A DNA stretch of 64,000 nucleotides, taken from a virus. Lineage: Duplodnaviria; Heunggongvirae; Uroviricota; Caudoviricetes. The stretch covers positions 184,333 through 248,332 of the IMG/VR virus record IMGVR_UViG_3300028260_000001. One strand, 5' to 3'. A model generated the notes under the pieces. The model made no database searches and was not told where the DNA came from. It worked only from the letters and a program-made list of their open reading frames with translations. Position numbers and translations under genes: made by a program. This document shows, one piece after another, positions 51,978 to 61,880 of the stretch (position 1 is the stretch's first letter; each line of letters begins with the position of its first letter).

Positions 51978-54470
51978 TTATTCAATACGCATGTTTTTGT
52001 TATAAGCTTCAGGAACAGTTACGTTGGTTGGATCGAGTACTACGAACTCAGCTTGGTTGAAAGCACCATGTGTAGATACGTAGTGAGAGATGTAGAAGAT
52101 CTGTTGGTATTGACCCAGTTCAATCAGACGACCAATAAACGGCACGAGGTTAACTCGGTGTTGTTCATCGAACGTACGACCGAATTCATCCAGCATCAAT
52201 GGGTAGTCATCGAAGCCCATGAACTTCAACAGTGCTACACGGAATGCAAAGTTTACAATCTCTTTCTGCGAGTCAGAACCCATATCAATGTCAGTAGGTT
52301 CAACCGCACCATTACCTACGTTGAGAGGGAACTTGTAATCCAGGTCATCACGATCGATCTTAGACGGCAAGACTTCCATTGGGTAAGTCCATACATCATC
52401 GATCACCGTGTTAACGAGTTTCGTTACACCTTGCAAGAAGCCCAACATGTACTGACCAATCAATCCACCTTTCGGCGACAGAGCTTTGGCCAACAGTTGG
52501 AAATCGGTGTGAGCATCAGCAGCATCAGCTACTGTTTCTTCCAACAGTTTGATCTCAGTATCACGACGTTCAGCTTCACGCAGTCGATTACCGACGTGTG
52601 CCAGTTGTTGGTGAGTAGCATCGATCTCAGATTCGAATGCTTGATCCAGCAACCATTCAGCATGTTGCAATGCACGTGTACGCCATTGTTCGAACTTAGT
52701 TAAGCAGCCTTCTACCTGACCAATGAACTTATCTACTTCGTTACCCGAGTGAATGTAAGCTTCGATTGCATCACGAGTCGATTGTTGCGTCAGCAGTTTG
52801 TTGTTGACTTCTGTTTCCAGTTCAGTTGCACGTTGCAGCATGTAACCAGCAGCATCGAAGTCAATTGCTTCGATTGCTTTCAAACGTGCTTCGATTTGTT
52901 TGCTGTGTTCCAGTTGGATCTCAGCTTCAATCATCATCTGCTGTGCATCATGCCAACGTACTACATCCGTAGCAATCAGCTTAGGTGAACGGAATAGTCG
53001 ATTGTCGGCAGTCATCCATTCCCACACTTGTTGGAAGTCTCGGTGGTCACGAGTGATCTGTTGGAACTGCTGTACGTAACCAGCGTATTCAGTAAACCGC
53101 TCTAACCATTCTTCGATCGATTTGATTTCATTCTGGAAATGCTTCTCAGCTTCTGAAGCTTTACGCAGTTTCTCTTCCAGTCGAGGAATGTCAGTAGGAT
53201 CTACACCTGGGATAAACGTGTGTTGGCAGTTAGGACACTGTACGTGATCACAACCTTTCAACGTAGCAATCCGTCGCATGGTTTCTGAGATGAACTCTTC
53301 TACCGAACGAAGCTTCTGCTTAGATTCAGCCAGCTGCACTTTACGAGCTTGTGCATTAACCATAGACAGATCCCCATCTTCGTTGTTAGGGATTGTTACT
53401 ACGATTGTGTAAGCTCGATCAAATGCATCTTCCAGTCGAGCGAGTTGATCACCAAACAACCCCGTACGACACAGCGGGATTTCCCCTTGATACGCTTTAA
53501 CGATAGCTGTACGTGATTCGATGATATCCAGGTGATGTGCTAACCGATCTTTCAGTTCTTGGATTTCTTCAGGAGAAACCTTCTCGATCTGTGATGGTGT
53601 AGTTGCGCGGATGGTTTCCAGTTCTTCCAGCAGTCGATCAATTACGGCTTGTGATGCTTGAATACTAGCCAACCGTTGGTTAACGATCTGGTTGTATTCG
53701 CCTTTATCTGCAACACGAACGTTGTCATTCAGTCGTGGGTATTGACGCAACAACCACTTCGCATCATGAATGATTGCATCCAGTTCTTCTTTAGCTGCAC
53801 CGTTATGAGCAAAGCCACGTTTGATAGTGGGATTGCGATGCAAGAACAATGTGTTAACACGATCGGTCAAACGTTGACGTTCTTGACGCATCCGAGAAAT
53901 CTCAGAGTCATCCAGCATATCAATGTTCTCGTTCGCTAGACGTTTCGTCATGTGATCGATAACGTTCTTCTGAGCACGTGCTGCATCATTAACACGAGCT
54001 AACAGATTGATAGCATACCCGAGATCTACTGGCGATGCACGAGTCAACCAATCACGCCGTTTGTTTACTGCCAATTGCGAGAACTTAGTACGACCTGTAA
54101 TAAGGTCTTGAATGTCCTGCTGCAATCCGAATTCTTGTTTGCACAGATCGAGTTGGATCTGATAGGTACCACCTTCGTTGAGTTCTTGTCCATTACGGAT
54201 GAACGAGTGGTGACCGGTGCCTTTATCGTATACTGAAGTCAGAACGTATTCTGCACCCTTATGGGAACAGTGTACTGTCTTCGAACCATTCTTATCGAAT
54301 TGAGAATGGTGAGATGGCAATGGACTCAGCTCGTCGAGAAGTGAGGACTTACCCGATCCGTTCGAACCGATGATGACCATGAGGTTCTTGGTCGGAGTCC
54401 ATTCGAGAGATTGGATATTGGACAACATCAAACGCTTGTAACGTTTGAGTTGTACTAGTCTTAAATACAC
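51978..54470 (-). CDS. sbcC: SbcC/Rad50-like SMC ATPase (phiKZ gp165-like)
   Basis: GSNGSGKSS Walker A, CPNC hook between coiled coils, signature-like GSDSQKE, LMLDEFG Walker B, ISH. Confidence 0.93.
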   Translation of the reverse strand: MYLRLVQLKRYKRLMLSNIQSLEWTPTKNLMVIIGSNGSGKSSLLDELSPLPSHHSQFDKNGSKTVHCSHKGAEYVLTSVYDKGTGHHSFIRNGQELNEGGTYQIQLDLCKQEFGLQQDIQDLITGRTKFSQLAVNKRRDWLTRASPVDLGYAINLLARVNDAARAQKNVIDHMTKRLANENIDMLDDSEISRMRQERQRLTDRVNTLFLHRNPTIKRGFAHNGAAKEELDAIIHDAKWLLRQYPRLNDNVRVADKGEYNQIVNQRLASIQASQAVIDRLLEELETIRATTPSQIEKVSPEEIQELKDRLAHHLDIIESRTAIVKAYQGEIPLCRTGLFGDQLARLEDAFDRAYTIVVTIPNNEDGDLSMVNAQARKVQLAESKQKLRSVEEFISETMRRIATLKGCDHVQCPNCQHTFIPGVDPTDIPRLEEKLRKASEAEKHFQNEIKSIEEWLERFTEYAGYVQQFQQITRDHRDFQQVWEWMTADNRLFRSPKLIATDVVRWHDAQQMMIEAEIQLEHSKQIEARLKAIEAIDFDAAGYMLQRATELETEVNNKLLTQQSTRDAIEAYIHSGNEVDKFIGQVEGCLTKFEQWRTRALQHAEWLLDQAFESEIDATHQQLAHVGNRLREAERRDTEIKLLEETVADAADAHTDFQLLAKALSPKGGLIGQYMLGFLQGVTKLVNTVIDDVWTYPMEVLPSKIDRDDLDYKFPLNVGNGAVEPTDIDMGSDSQKEIVNFAFRVALLKFMGFDDYPLMLDEFGRTFDEQHRVNLVPFIGRLIELGQYQQIFYISHYVSTHGAFNQAEFVVLDPTNVTVPEAYNKNMRIE

Positions 54471-54504
54471 AGTAAAAAGCCCCCTTCCTTATTCTTAGCG
54501 CTGT

Positions 54505-54533
54505 TGTCTACATTAGATCTAGCACTAGAGTAT
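54505..54533 (-). promoter_or_regulatory. candidate (middle?) promoter, copy 2
   Basis: TGTCTACATTAGATC-N8-GAGTAT on the plus strand, upstream of sbcC. Confidence 0.45.
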
Positions 54534-54552
54534 ATTTTTCAAGGAATACCAA

Positions 54553-55419
54553 ATGGAACAAGCTCCACCAAAACCAATAAGCGGCCAAGCCGTATCCATG
54601 TTCCGATTAGTTTCGATCGGTACGTCAAAAGAAAACAAACCACGTAATTCAACAACGCTGAACGTTCTCATGAACGAGAAGGCAATGGCTACTGACGGGG
54701 AGATTAAGTTTAACCCTCAGGAAAGCATCCGTGAGTTCCAAGACTCATCGGGAGCTACCCATCAGGTAAAGACCACAGCTGAACGGTCTGTGCCTTGTGA
54801 ATGGCTTCCCTCGGAGGATAACCGAGCTACTCCACCTGACATCATGCGGAACGAGATCGTTGAAGTATGGCGGTTAGGTGACTCGGATAAATACTTCTGG
54901 CGTTCACTCGCTATGAAGAACGGCTTACGTGCTTTGGAATCTGTTGTTTATACCTGGAACGCTTCACCTAATCCTGGTGGTGCTGGTATTGACTTCAATA
55001 CGTGTTACTACATGGCTATCTCGGCTCATGACAAGTTGTTCACTATCGGTACGTCTAAAGCGAATGGTGAACCCTATGCTTGGACCATGCAATTCAACAC
55101 AGGTACGGGAGAGTTCACATTAACTGATGACATTGGTAACGAATTCGAAATCGTATCTCGTGACAATCGTCTCCAACTCAAAAACCCCGACGGTACATAT
55201 CTCAAGCTAGAGAAACAGATCATCGAGATGTCAGCTAATGAGTCCATTGAACTGATCGTGGGTGGAACGCGCTATAAGCTCACTCCTGACACGGTTGACA
55301 CTAAGACTACCAATGTGATCAGTACGTCGGAAACCGTTCGGATAAGCGCTCCTGACGTCATTATCGGTGGTGGTAGGGTTGTTATGAATGCACCTGGTGG
55401 ATTTGCTATTGTGGGGTAA
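54553..55419 (+). CDS. baseplate central spike protein (gp5/VgrG-like, phiKZ gp164-like)
   Basis: OB-like N-terminus, beta-helix-like C-terminus, immediately upstream of the PAAR gene. Confidence 0.75.
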   Translation: MEQAPPKPISGQAVSMFRLVSIGTSKENKPRNSTTLNVLMNEKAMATDGEIKFNPQESIREFQDSSGATHQVKTTAERSVPCEWLPSEDNRATPPDIMRNEIVEVWRLGDSDKYFWRSLAMKNGLRALESVVYTWNASPNPGGAGIDFNTCYYMAISAHDKLFTIGTSKANGEPYAWTMQFNTGTGEFTLTDDIGNEFEIVSRDNRLQLKNPDGTYLKLEKQIIEMSANESIELIVGGTRYKLTPDTVDTKTTNVISTSETVRISAPDVIIGGGRVVMNAPGGFAIVG

Positions 55420-55422
55420 CGT

Positions 55423-55689
55423 ATGCCTGGTATTGCAAGAGTAGGTATTGATAGTGCTGGTGGTGTAATCACCGGTGGGATGCAAGGATTAGTAACAATT
55501 AACGGGGCTCCAGTGTCTGTAGTAGGCGACGATGTCGCAGGTCACGGCACAGGGTCTCACGCAGGCCCTAAGATGGCCCAAGGAAGCTCTCTGTTCACGA
55601 TTAACGGCATACCGGTATGTCTGGCAGGACATCGTGCTTCGTGCGGTCACGAGGCTTCTGGAGACGCTAAGCACACGTGTTCCAGATGA
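55423..55689 (+). CDS. PAAR-repeat spike tip protein
   Basis: IARVG, INGAPV..VGD...H, INGIPV..AGH.A.CGH Zn-ligand pattern. Confidence 0.92.
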   Translation: MPGIARVGIDSAGGVITGGMQGLVTINGAPVSVVGDDVAGHGTGSHAGPKMAQGSSLFTINGIPVCLAGHRASCGHEASGDAKHTCSR

Positions 55690-55700
55690 ACCGGCATAAA

Positions 55701-55720
55701 GCCTTCCCGGAGGGGAAGGC
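55701..55720. terminator. bidirectional hairpin terminator
   Basis: GCCTTCCC-GGAG-GGGAAGGC between convergent genes, TATG on both flanks. Confidence 0.85.
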
Positions 55721-55730
55721 TAATATGTCG

Positions 55731-56900
55731 TTACTCTTCGTCTTTCTTGCGACCTGTGACAGAGTCAATTGTTTCTGTCAGGTAATGCAACTCTGTGGAG
55801 AGTGCACGAGAGACCCATTTGTTACCGCTAGTCAGAACCGTACTGAGACGTTGGATAACCATACCGACAACGTTACCGATGGTGTTGGTAGCAGTGCTCT
55901 CAGATTGAGACAGCTTACCTGCAATCGATTCAATGTTCTTTACGGCCTTCTCCAACTTCCGTGACTGGGATGCGTCATTGCTATTCCAGTACTCGGCTGT
56001 TTCAGTGATCAACGAGTTGATTTGTTTCAAATGGTCAGCACCAGGATAAGGTAGCTTGTCACCAACAAATTCTTTCTTGGTGTTGTATTCGACAACATCA
56101 ATCTTGAGATACTGTTGGATCTTCTCCACACCCTGAGGGAATACGGTAGCTGCTGCCGCAGGATCAAACATCACCAAACCAAAGTCACCGAGCATTGGAA
56201 CAGTACGCAAGGTATGTTCTTTGTCAGTATCGAACTCTGGTGCGTAATCTTCGGTAGCTCCTTTAACGCCTGGGAAATGAATGGAACTACCAATCAAGGA
56301 ACCCAGTGCCTTCAGGAATGCTTCTGGCGATTCATCAGTCATGTGCTGTGTAACCAGCTTCTCTGTACCTTCCAACACACGAATAAAACCATTGATGTAA
56401 TCAGTGATCAACCAACGTACAAACTTCGATGCGATGTGAGCATGTTCCATTTCATGGCCAACAAACTCACCTGCAATACACAGCTGGTTTATATTGAACT
56501 TGAAGGTACCTGCTTCAGCTTCGCCTTTCAACAGAGCTACTTGGTCTGACGACATTGCTTTGATGCGTTTATCGTTCTTACGTCCAGCTTCACCAAGACG
56601 CTGCATGCCCTGACCAATCTTCTCAATCAACTTACCGATGGTACGTAGTAACCACTGGATGATGTTTCTGAGAGTGATGCCGACTTTCTTGATGCCGGTC
56701 ACGAGGTCTTTACCAGTTACGCCTTTGTTTTCCGATTGGTCAACTTCAGCGTCCTCCAAGGCGATGCGCATTGCCATCGCCGTTGGACCAGTAACTACTT
56801 CACGACCTTGCATCACTCGCTGAAAGCCTTCCAGCGCCAGATTATACTGGTGCAGTCGTGCCAGGTCAGCGCCAACCTGTGCTAAAGTGATATCGGTCAT
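55731..56900 (-). CDS. internal head (inner body/ejection) protein, phiKZ gp162/163-type paralog
   Basis: ALE sites then amphipathic helix, PMLGDF motif shared with neighbours. Confidence 0.8.
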   Translation of the reverse strand: MTDITLAQVGADLARLHQYNLALEGFQRVMQGREVVTGPTAMAMRIALEDAEVDQSENKGVTGKDLVTGIKKVGITLRNIIQWLLRTIGKLIEKIGQGMQRLGEAGRKNDKRIKAMSSDQVALLKGEAEAGTFKFNINQLCIAGEFVGHEMEHAHIASKFVRWLITDYINGFIRVLEGTEKLVTQHMTDESPEAFLKALGSLIGSSIHFPGVKGATEDYAPEFDTDKEHTLRTVPMLGDFGLVMFDPAAAATVFPQGVEKIQQYLKIDVVEYNTKKEFVGDKLPYPGADHLKQINSLITETAEYWNSNDASQSRKLEKAVKNIESIAGKLSQSESTATNTIGNVVGMVIQRLSTVLTSGNKWVSRALSTELHYLTETIDSVTGRKKDEE

Positions 56901-56909
56901 GATTGTACC

Positions 56910-58664
56910 TTACTGAGTGGAGACTACAGAATCATCTTCGTGGTCTTTGGTTTTGCCGTCAGTCTTAGCTGCAGCGTTGTTTTCACGGATAGCAACTTCA
57001 GTAGACGAACCACCTTTGTTGGATACTTCGTTGTAGAAACCGATGTAGGCTTTAACCAACGAGGTCAGATAACCCATGAATGCACGGTGTTGCATCAGAG
57101 CAGCAGATACCGCACCTTGACCAACCTTGTTATCTGAACCAACCGACTTACGCAGTTGCTTCAGAGCAGCCATCGAAGTGTCTTTACCAATCAGGTTAGC
57201 AACGATACCTTTGACGGCATTCAGAGAAGCGATAGCGCGTTCTTTGGATGGGATCTTAACGGCTTCAACACCACCTTCAGCATCACCCACAGAAGCGAAA
57301 TCAAACTTCATGAATGCCTTACCGCTGGCTACGTTCTCAGAAGCGTTGGTGCCATCATTGATACCAATGAACATTGCCTTGTTACCAGGCATGATTGGCG
57401 AACGAGTGATGATCGAGTAAGAGCTCAGGCTAGATGGAGCTTCACCCGAATCGACTTGTTTGAACTGAGCGAAGGTAGCTTCCAGTGCAGCTTGAGCAGC
57501 ATCTTCGATACGGTTCTCAACACTGGAGTCTTCGGTAGCGACTACTTGAGTCTTACCAGCATTCTGGGTAGTACCAACCAGTTTGATCAGAGCTTGTGGC
57601 CATTCAACCAACAGTTCTTGTGCAGTCTTCTCAACGTTGCGAACAACTTCAACGGAGTCACCCACAAAGTTACCATTGATCATCAGACGACCACTACCTT
57701 TCGACTGTACTTCTTTACCAGCGTCGAGGTCTTTGGCCTGGATAGACTTGATGGTCTTGTCCAGTTCTTCGATCAGTTTCGGGGTATCACGACGGAAATG
57801 GTTCCATGCGTCCATGATCATTTCGATCAGACGAGCGATGGCGTTACCTGCAGCAGCACCCAGTTCTTTCAGCTTACCACCGATGGCCGATTCCAGACCT
57901 TTAGCCGCAACCAGTTGGGTGTCAACACGACCGATGTCTTCCAGTGAGGCAACAACAGGACGGAAGAATGAACGGTCATGAGATTCCAAGGCGATACGGA
58001 CAGCTTGAGCGAACTCACGAGTAGGCTTCTTACCAGCCTTGCGCATACCAACAAGCATGGTCTGGTATTGTTCCAGAGCAGCTTCGACCTTGTTGATGTT
58101 CTCCAGGTCGTTACCAACAGCTTCAGCCTTTTGCAGGGCAGAATCGGAACCAACGGTAATACCTTGGTTCTCAAGATCTTCTACAGCTTGCTCAACGTTC
58201 ATTACCGAATCGTCAGCTTCTTTTGGCTCGATGTGTTCTGCTTCATTCGCTTCGATAGCGTCTTCTTGAGAAACAACACCAGTGGTAAGATCTTTTTCGC
58301 CAGCCGATACAGCGTCAGGAGTCTTGTTAGTAACAGCATCTTCTTCACCTGCGTTACCAGCGTCGGTGGTTTCCTTAACGGACACTTTACCAACGTCTTG
58401 GGTCTGTGCGGTACCGTCTTGGGTGGTGTCTTTCAGTTCTTTAGTCGGGGTATTCGAAACAGAAGCATCTACTTCTTCATTCGGTTTGACCGACTCGGTA
58501 ATTTCGATCTTGACGTCCTTCTGCACAGGAGCGTCAACGGAAACTTTCTTGTCTTCGGCGATGGCTACAGATTCCATCGAGGCCAGAAGACCCATTGCAT
58601 CTTGAAAACGTTTTTTGACAGCAGGCTTCTTAGCTGCTGGTTTTTTAGTTACTGGCTTAGCCAT
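56910..58664 (-). CDS. internal head protein paralog with long acidic propeptide
   Basis: SME/ALE/SLE/GLE sites, KLKE..amphipathic helix, PIMPGNK. Confidence 0.8.
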   Translation of the reverse strand: MAKPVTKKPAAKKPAVKKRFQDAMGLLASMESVAIAEDKKVSVDAPVQKDVKIEITESVKPNEEVDASVSNTPTKELKDTTQDGTAQTQDVGKVSVKETTDAGNAGEEDAVTNKTPDAVSAGEKDLTTGVVSQEDAIEANEAEHIEPKEADDSVMNVEQAVEDLENQGITVGSDSALQKAEAVGNDLENINKVEAALEQYQTMLVGMRKAGKKPTREFAQAVRIALESHDRSFFRPVVASLEDIGRVDTQLVAAKGLESAIGGKLKELGAAAGNAIARLIEMIMDAWNHFRRDTPKLIEELDKTIKSIQAKDLDAGKEVQSKGSGRLMINGNFVGDSVEVVRNVEKTAQELLVEWPQALIKLVGTTQNAGKTQVVATEDSSVENRIEDAAQAALEATFAQFKQVDSGEAPSSLSSYSIITRSPIMPGNKAMFIGINDGTNASENVASGKAFMKFDFASVGDAEGGVEAVKIPSKERAIASLNAVKGIVANLIGKDTSMAALKQLRKSVGSDNKVGQGAVSAALMQHRAFMGYLTSLVKAYIGFYNEVSNKGGSSTEVAIRENNAAAKTDGKTKDHEDDSVVSTQ

Positions 58665-58724
58665 GTGGTGTTACTCCGCGGATTAAAGTTACATAAGGTT
58701 GGTACCAGAGGCACCAACCAAACG

Positions 58725-59066
58725 TTAAAGGGTTTTGAGCTGTTTCAGCATTTGAGGCGTGACGATCTTTGCTGGAATGGTTTTACGCTTTTCCTGCCAA
58801 GCCGCTTTAATGACTCGGTGGTAACCATCCAACGTAACCCATTCACCTGTAGGAAGCTGTGTGACAATAATCGGAATACTCGTGTCAGCAGCACGCATGC
58901 GTTTGACATCGTAGTCGTCATCGATCATCCACGTAACCTGACGGAGATCGAAATCAACTACGGGAGTGCTCCTTGTCAGGTCCAGTAAGGCATCCACACT
59001 GTAGGTATTACCCATATGCGTAAATGTGCTTTCGGGTCCCTCACTGTAAGCTTCGTTAGATGGGAT
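58725..59066 (-). CDS. ParB/Sulfiredoxin-like N-terminal domain protein
   Basis: PIIV...LDGYHR motif; frame open 17-18 codons upstream of ATG 59015, probable ATC start at 59066 (see findings). Confidence 0.7.
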   Translation of the reverse strand: MPSNEAYSEGPESTFTHMGNTYSVDALLDLTRSTPVVDFDLRQVTWMIDDDYDVKRMRAADTSIPIIVTQLPTGEWVTLDGYHRVIKAAWQEKRKTIPAKIVTPQMLKQLKTL

Positions 59067-60487
59067 TACTTTTCGCCTTTCAACGAGTTACCAGCGATGT
59101 GTGCACGAGTACACGAATCGATAGCCCACAGACGCTGTTGGATCACACGTTGAGTATGGTTGGTCAGAGTCCAAAGGTTTGTACGAATGTAAGTTGGGAA
59201 CAGAATCCAATTACTTACACTGTTAGTGAACTTAGACTTGTTGGTCTCCAGCCATTTAGTGAACTCTTCCAGTGCTTCAGTAGCTTTCTTGGAAGCTTCA
59301 CTAACATCGTCAGCTTTGTCCATGATGTCGGCAGCGGCGTCGTTCCACTTTTCGAGTTCTTGTTTCGATGGCAGTGGGATGGTCTTGGTAGATTCACCCG
59401 ATTCGCCTTCGGCCTTGAACGACCAGAAACCAGCGCCACGTTCACCTTCAACAAATTTGCTACCACCGTATTCAAACGTCGGCAGTGCAACCTTACCTAC
59501 AGTGCTACTGATAATCTCATCAATTGCAGCTTTGTCACCTGCGTTATCGAACGTGCCTTCCCGTGGATTATCCATCAACTGCTTCAATGCAGCCATCGAT
59601 TTATCAACAGCAGGTTTGACTTGTGCACAGTAGGCAATGAAGAAGTCAAGAGCTTCGACTGGTTTAGTCGAGTCATCAAGAACAACTTCACCATCGATAG
59701 TCAACAGGTTAGTTGGGTCTAGGGTAACTTCGGCAGGTGGCTTAGCAACTGGTTCTTTCGAAGCAGCAGCTTTCTTCAAAGCTTCGCCAGCTTTAGTGCC
59801 AGCTGTCAGTGACAGAGTAGCTTTTACTGGTTGGCCAGGAGCAGGCAGTGCTTTGATAACTTGTTTCAGTTCATCAGACTTAGCCTTATCCCCTTTGATC
59901 GCCTCTTTGACCTTGGTATAGGCTTGCTTGATCTTAGCGAAGAATTCACGCATGATTGTCAAGAATTTCTCAATGACACCCTTAGCGGTTTCTTTCAGTT
60001 TAGCCAAACGACCAGTAGCTTCTTTCTCAGCTTCTTTGGTGTGACCGATACGCAGTTGCCCAGCATCGTCATCAATAGCTTCCAACGAAGTGGTCAACTT
60101 AGAGAAGAACTTCGGATACATGCCTTTCAGATCGTGAGCGATTACCGAAGCGGTAGCGGACTCCAGACCGAAACGGGTAGAGCCACGCAAGATCCCGATG
60201 TATGCTTCAGTAGAAGCACATGCTTCTTCCAAGCGCTCCAGTTTCTTATGGATCGCTTCACCTTGACGCTTGGATGCTTCGTCGATAGCAGTAAAGTCTT
60301 TACCGTCTACTTCTACTTCAAAAGCAGCTTCAGCAACATCACCTTTGCCAGAACCATCATCGGCTACATCTTGCACTTCTTTTGGACCCAGTTCAGAACT
60401 GGTTTCTTTTACATCGACTGGACGGGCTACGCCGTCCTCCGATTCGATGCTCGCCAACAGTTTGGTGAGTTTTACTTTCTTAGCCAT
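59066..60487 (-). CDS. internal head protein paralog
   Basis: SIE/GLE/SLE sites, KLKE helix, IPLPSKQEL. Confidence 0.8.
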   Translation of the reverse strand: MAKKVKLTKLLASIESEDGVARPVDVKETSSELGPKEVQDVADDGSGKGDVAEAAFEVEVDGKDFTAIDEASKRQGEAIHKKLERLEEACASTEAYIGILRGSTRFGLESATASVIAHDLKGMYPKFFSKLTTSLEAIDDDAGQLRIGHTKEAEKEATGRLAKLKETAKGVIEKFLTIMREFFAKIKQAYTKVKEAIKGDKAKSDELKQVIKALPAPGQPVKATLSLTAGTKAGEALKKAAASKEPVAKPPAEVTLDPTNLLTIDGEVVLDDSTKPVEALDFFIAYCAQVKPAVDKSMAALKQLMDNPREGTFDNAGDKAAIDEIISSTVGKVALPTFEYGGSKFVEGERGAGFWSFKAEGESGESTKTIPLPSKQELEKWNDAAADIMDKADDVSEASKKATEALEEFTKWLETNKSKFTNSVSNWILFPTYIRTNLWTLTNHTQRVIQQRLWAIDSCTRAHIAGNSLKGEK

Positions 60488-60496
60488 GATGGTTCC

Positions 60497-61870
60497 TTAT
60501 TCGGCTTTGCCAGCGGTAGCGGCGACGTTCTCGTAGTAGCCTACGAGTGCTTTAGATGTGGTGTTGAGATAACCCAGGTAACTGACGGAGAAACCAAGGG
60601 CGGCAAGTACGTAGGACATCATGAACTGACCGAATGGGGTGCCTTCTTGAGTAATGTCGTAAATGAACTCACGCAGCTTATCGGCTACTTCTGCACGACG
60701 ATTACCGATGTCCAACAGCTTCTTAGTGCGATCAATACCAGCTGCCAGTTCTTGTGCACTTGGGACGGCGACGTCAGCCGATGGAGCATCAGCACCTTCG
60801 ACTTGGGACAGTTTAACTACCAGTGCACTTGCCAGGTTGGAAGCTACCAGATTACCATCTGACAATTTGTCATTGTGGTAAGTCAAAGAAACTTCACGGT
60901 TACCAGGCAGTGGAGGAGTCTTAACAATCGACTGGCCGCTTGGATCGCGTTGAACCGCAATATCGAGACCATTGAAGCAGTCTTTGAAACTTGCACCCAA
61001 AGTACTGAACAGGGTTTGAACCATAGCGCGCATTTGTTCTTCGTCGTTTGTGTCCATACCTGTAGCTTTCTTCTTAGCCCCTTCAACGATCTGAAGGATA
61101 CGGCTTGGCCAAGTAATCATCAGACCTTCTGAAGCGGAAAGCAGAGTCGTTACTGTTGTCCCATCGGAACCAGCAATCGCACCGTTCATGGTCAGGGACT
61201 TCAGACCACCGTAGTTGATGGTTGCGCCTTCTTTCAAACCACCCGCTTTGATGATCTTCTCAGCAGCTTGCAAACGCTTCAGCAATTCTTCCCGGTTGGT
61301 TGACATGAAGTTCCAGGCATTCATGATATTTTCGATCAGTTTCTTGATCGCGGCAACAATGCCTTTACCTACCGATTTAGCGCCTTCCTTCAGTTTGTCC
61401 AACAGTTCCAGAGACACAGTCATACGACCGACTGGAGCATCGAACGATTCCAGGGAAGGTACTGTCCGAGCAAAGAAGTTAGCATCATGACGACGCAGGC
61501 TTACTTGGATAGCTTTGGCCAGAGAACTAGGAACCGATTCGTTACGGTTGATGTAGGCTTCTACGTGACCGATGTGGTGTTCCAGGGCAGCTTTACAAGC
61601 TTCCATCTTGGTGATGTCTTCACCGACTTGGACGCCTTCATTGATAGCGTCTTGGATAGCGGGAGTAACACCATCACTATCACCGGCTTTAACGGTATCA
61701 GCAGCAGTGGCAGCTTCGCCTTTCGAATCAGCTTCAGCGGTAGGTGCTTCTGGATGATCTTTGGTGGCAGATGCCGAAGCATTGGTTACATCTACTTGGC
61801 GTGCTACGCCATCGCTGTCTTCTAGGCTAGCGAGCATAGACGAAAGCTTATGGGTTTTGAAATAAGTCAT
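60497..61870 (-). CDS. internal head protein paralog
   Basis: SLE/ALE sites, KLKE helix, PPLPGNR, VAVPSAQEL. Confidence 0.8.
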   Translation of the reverse strand: MTYFKTHKLSSMLASLEDSDGVARQVDVTNASASATKDHPEAPTAEADSKGEAATAADTVKAGDSDGVTPAIQDAINEGVQVGEDITKMEACKAALEHHIGHVEAYINRNESVPSSLAKAIQVSLRRHDANFFARTVPSLESFDAPVGRMTVSLELLDKLKEGAKSVGKGIVAAIKKLIENIMNAWNFMSTNREELLKRLQAAEKIIKAGGLKEGATINYGGLKSLTMNGAIAGSDGTTVTTLLSASEGLMITWPSRILQIVEGAKKKATGMDTNDEEQMRAMVQTLFSTLGASFKDCFNGLDIAVQRDPSGQSIVKTPPLPGNREVSLTYHNDKLSDGNLVASNLASALVVKLSQVEGADAPSADVAVPSAQELAAGIDRTKKLLDIGNRRAEVADKLREFIYDITQEGTPFGQFMMSYVLAALGFSVSYLGYLNTTSKALVGYYENVAATAGKAE

Positions 61871-61880
61871 ACGAACTCCG

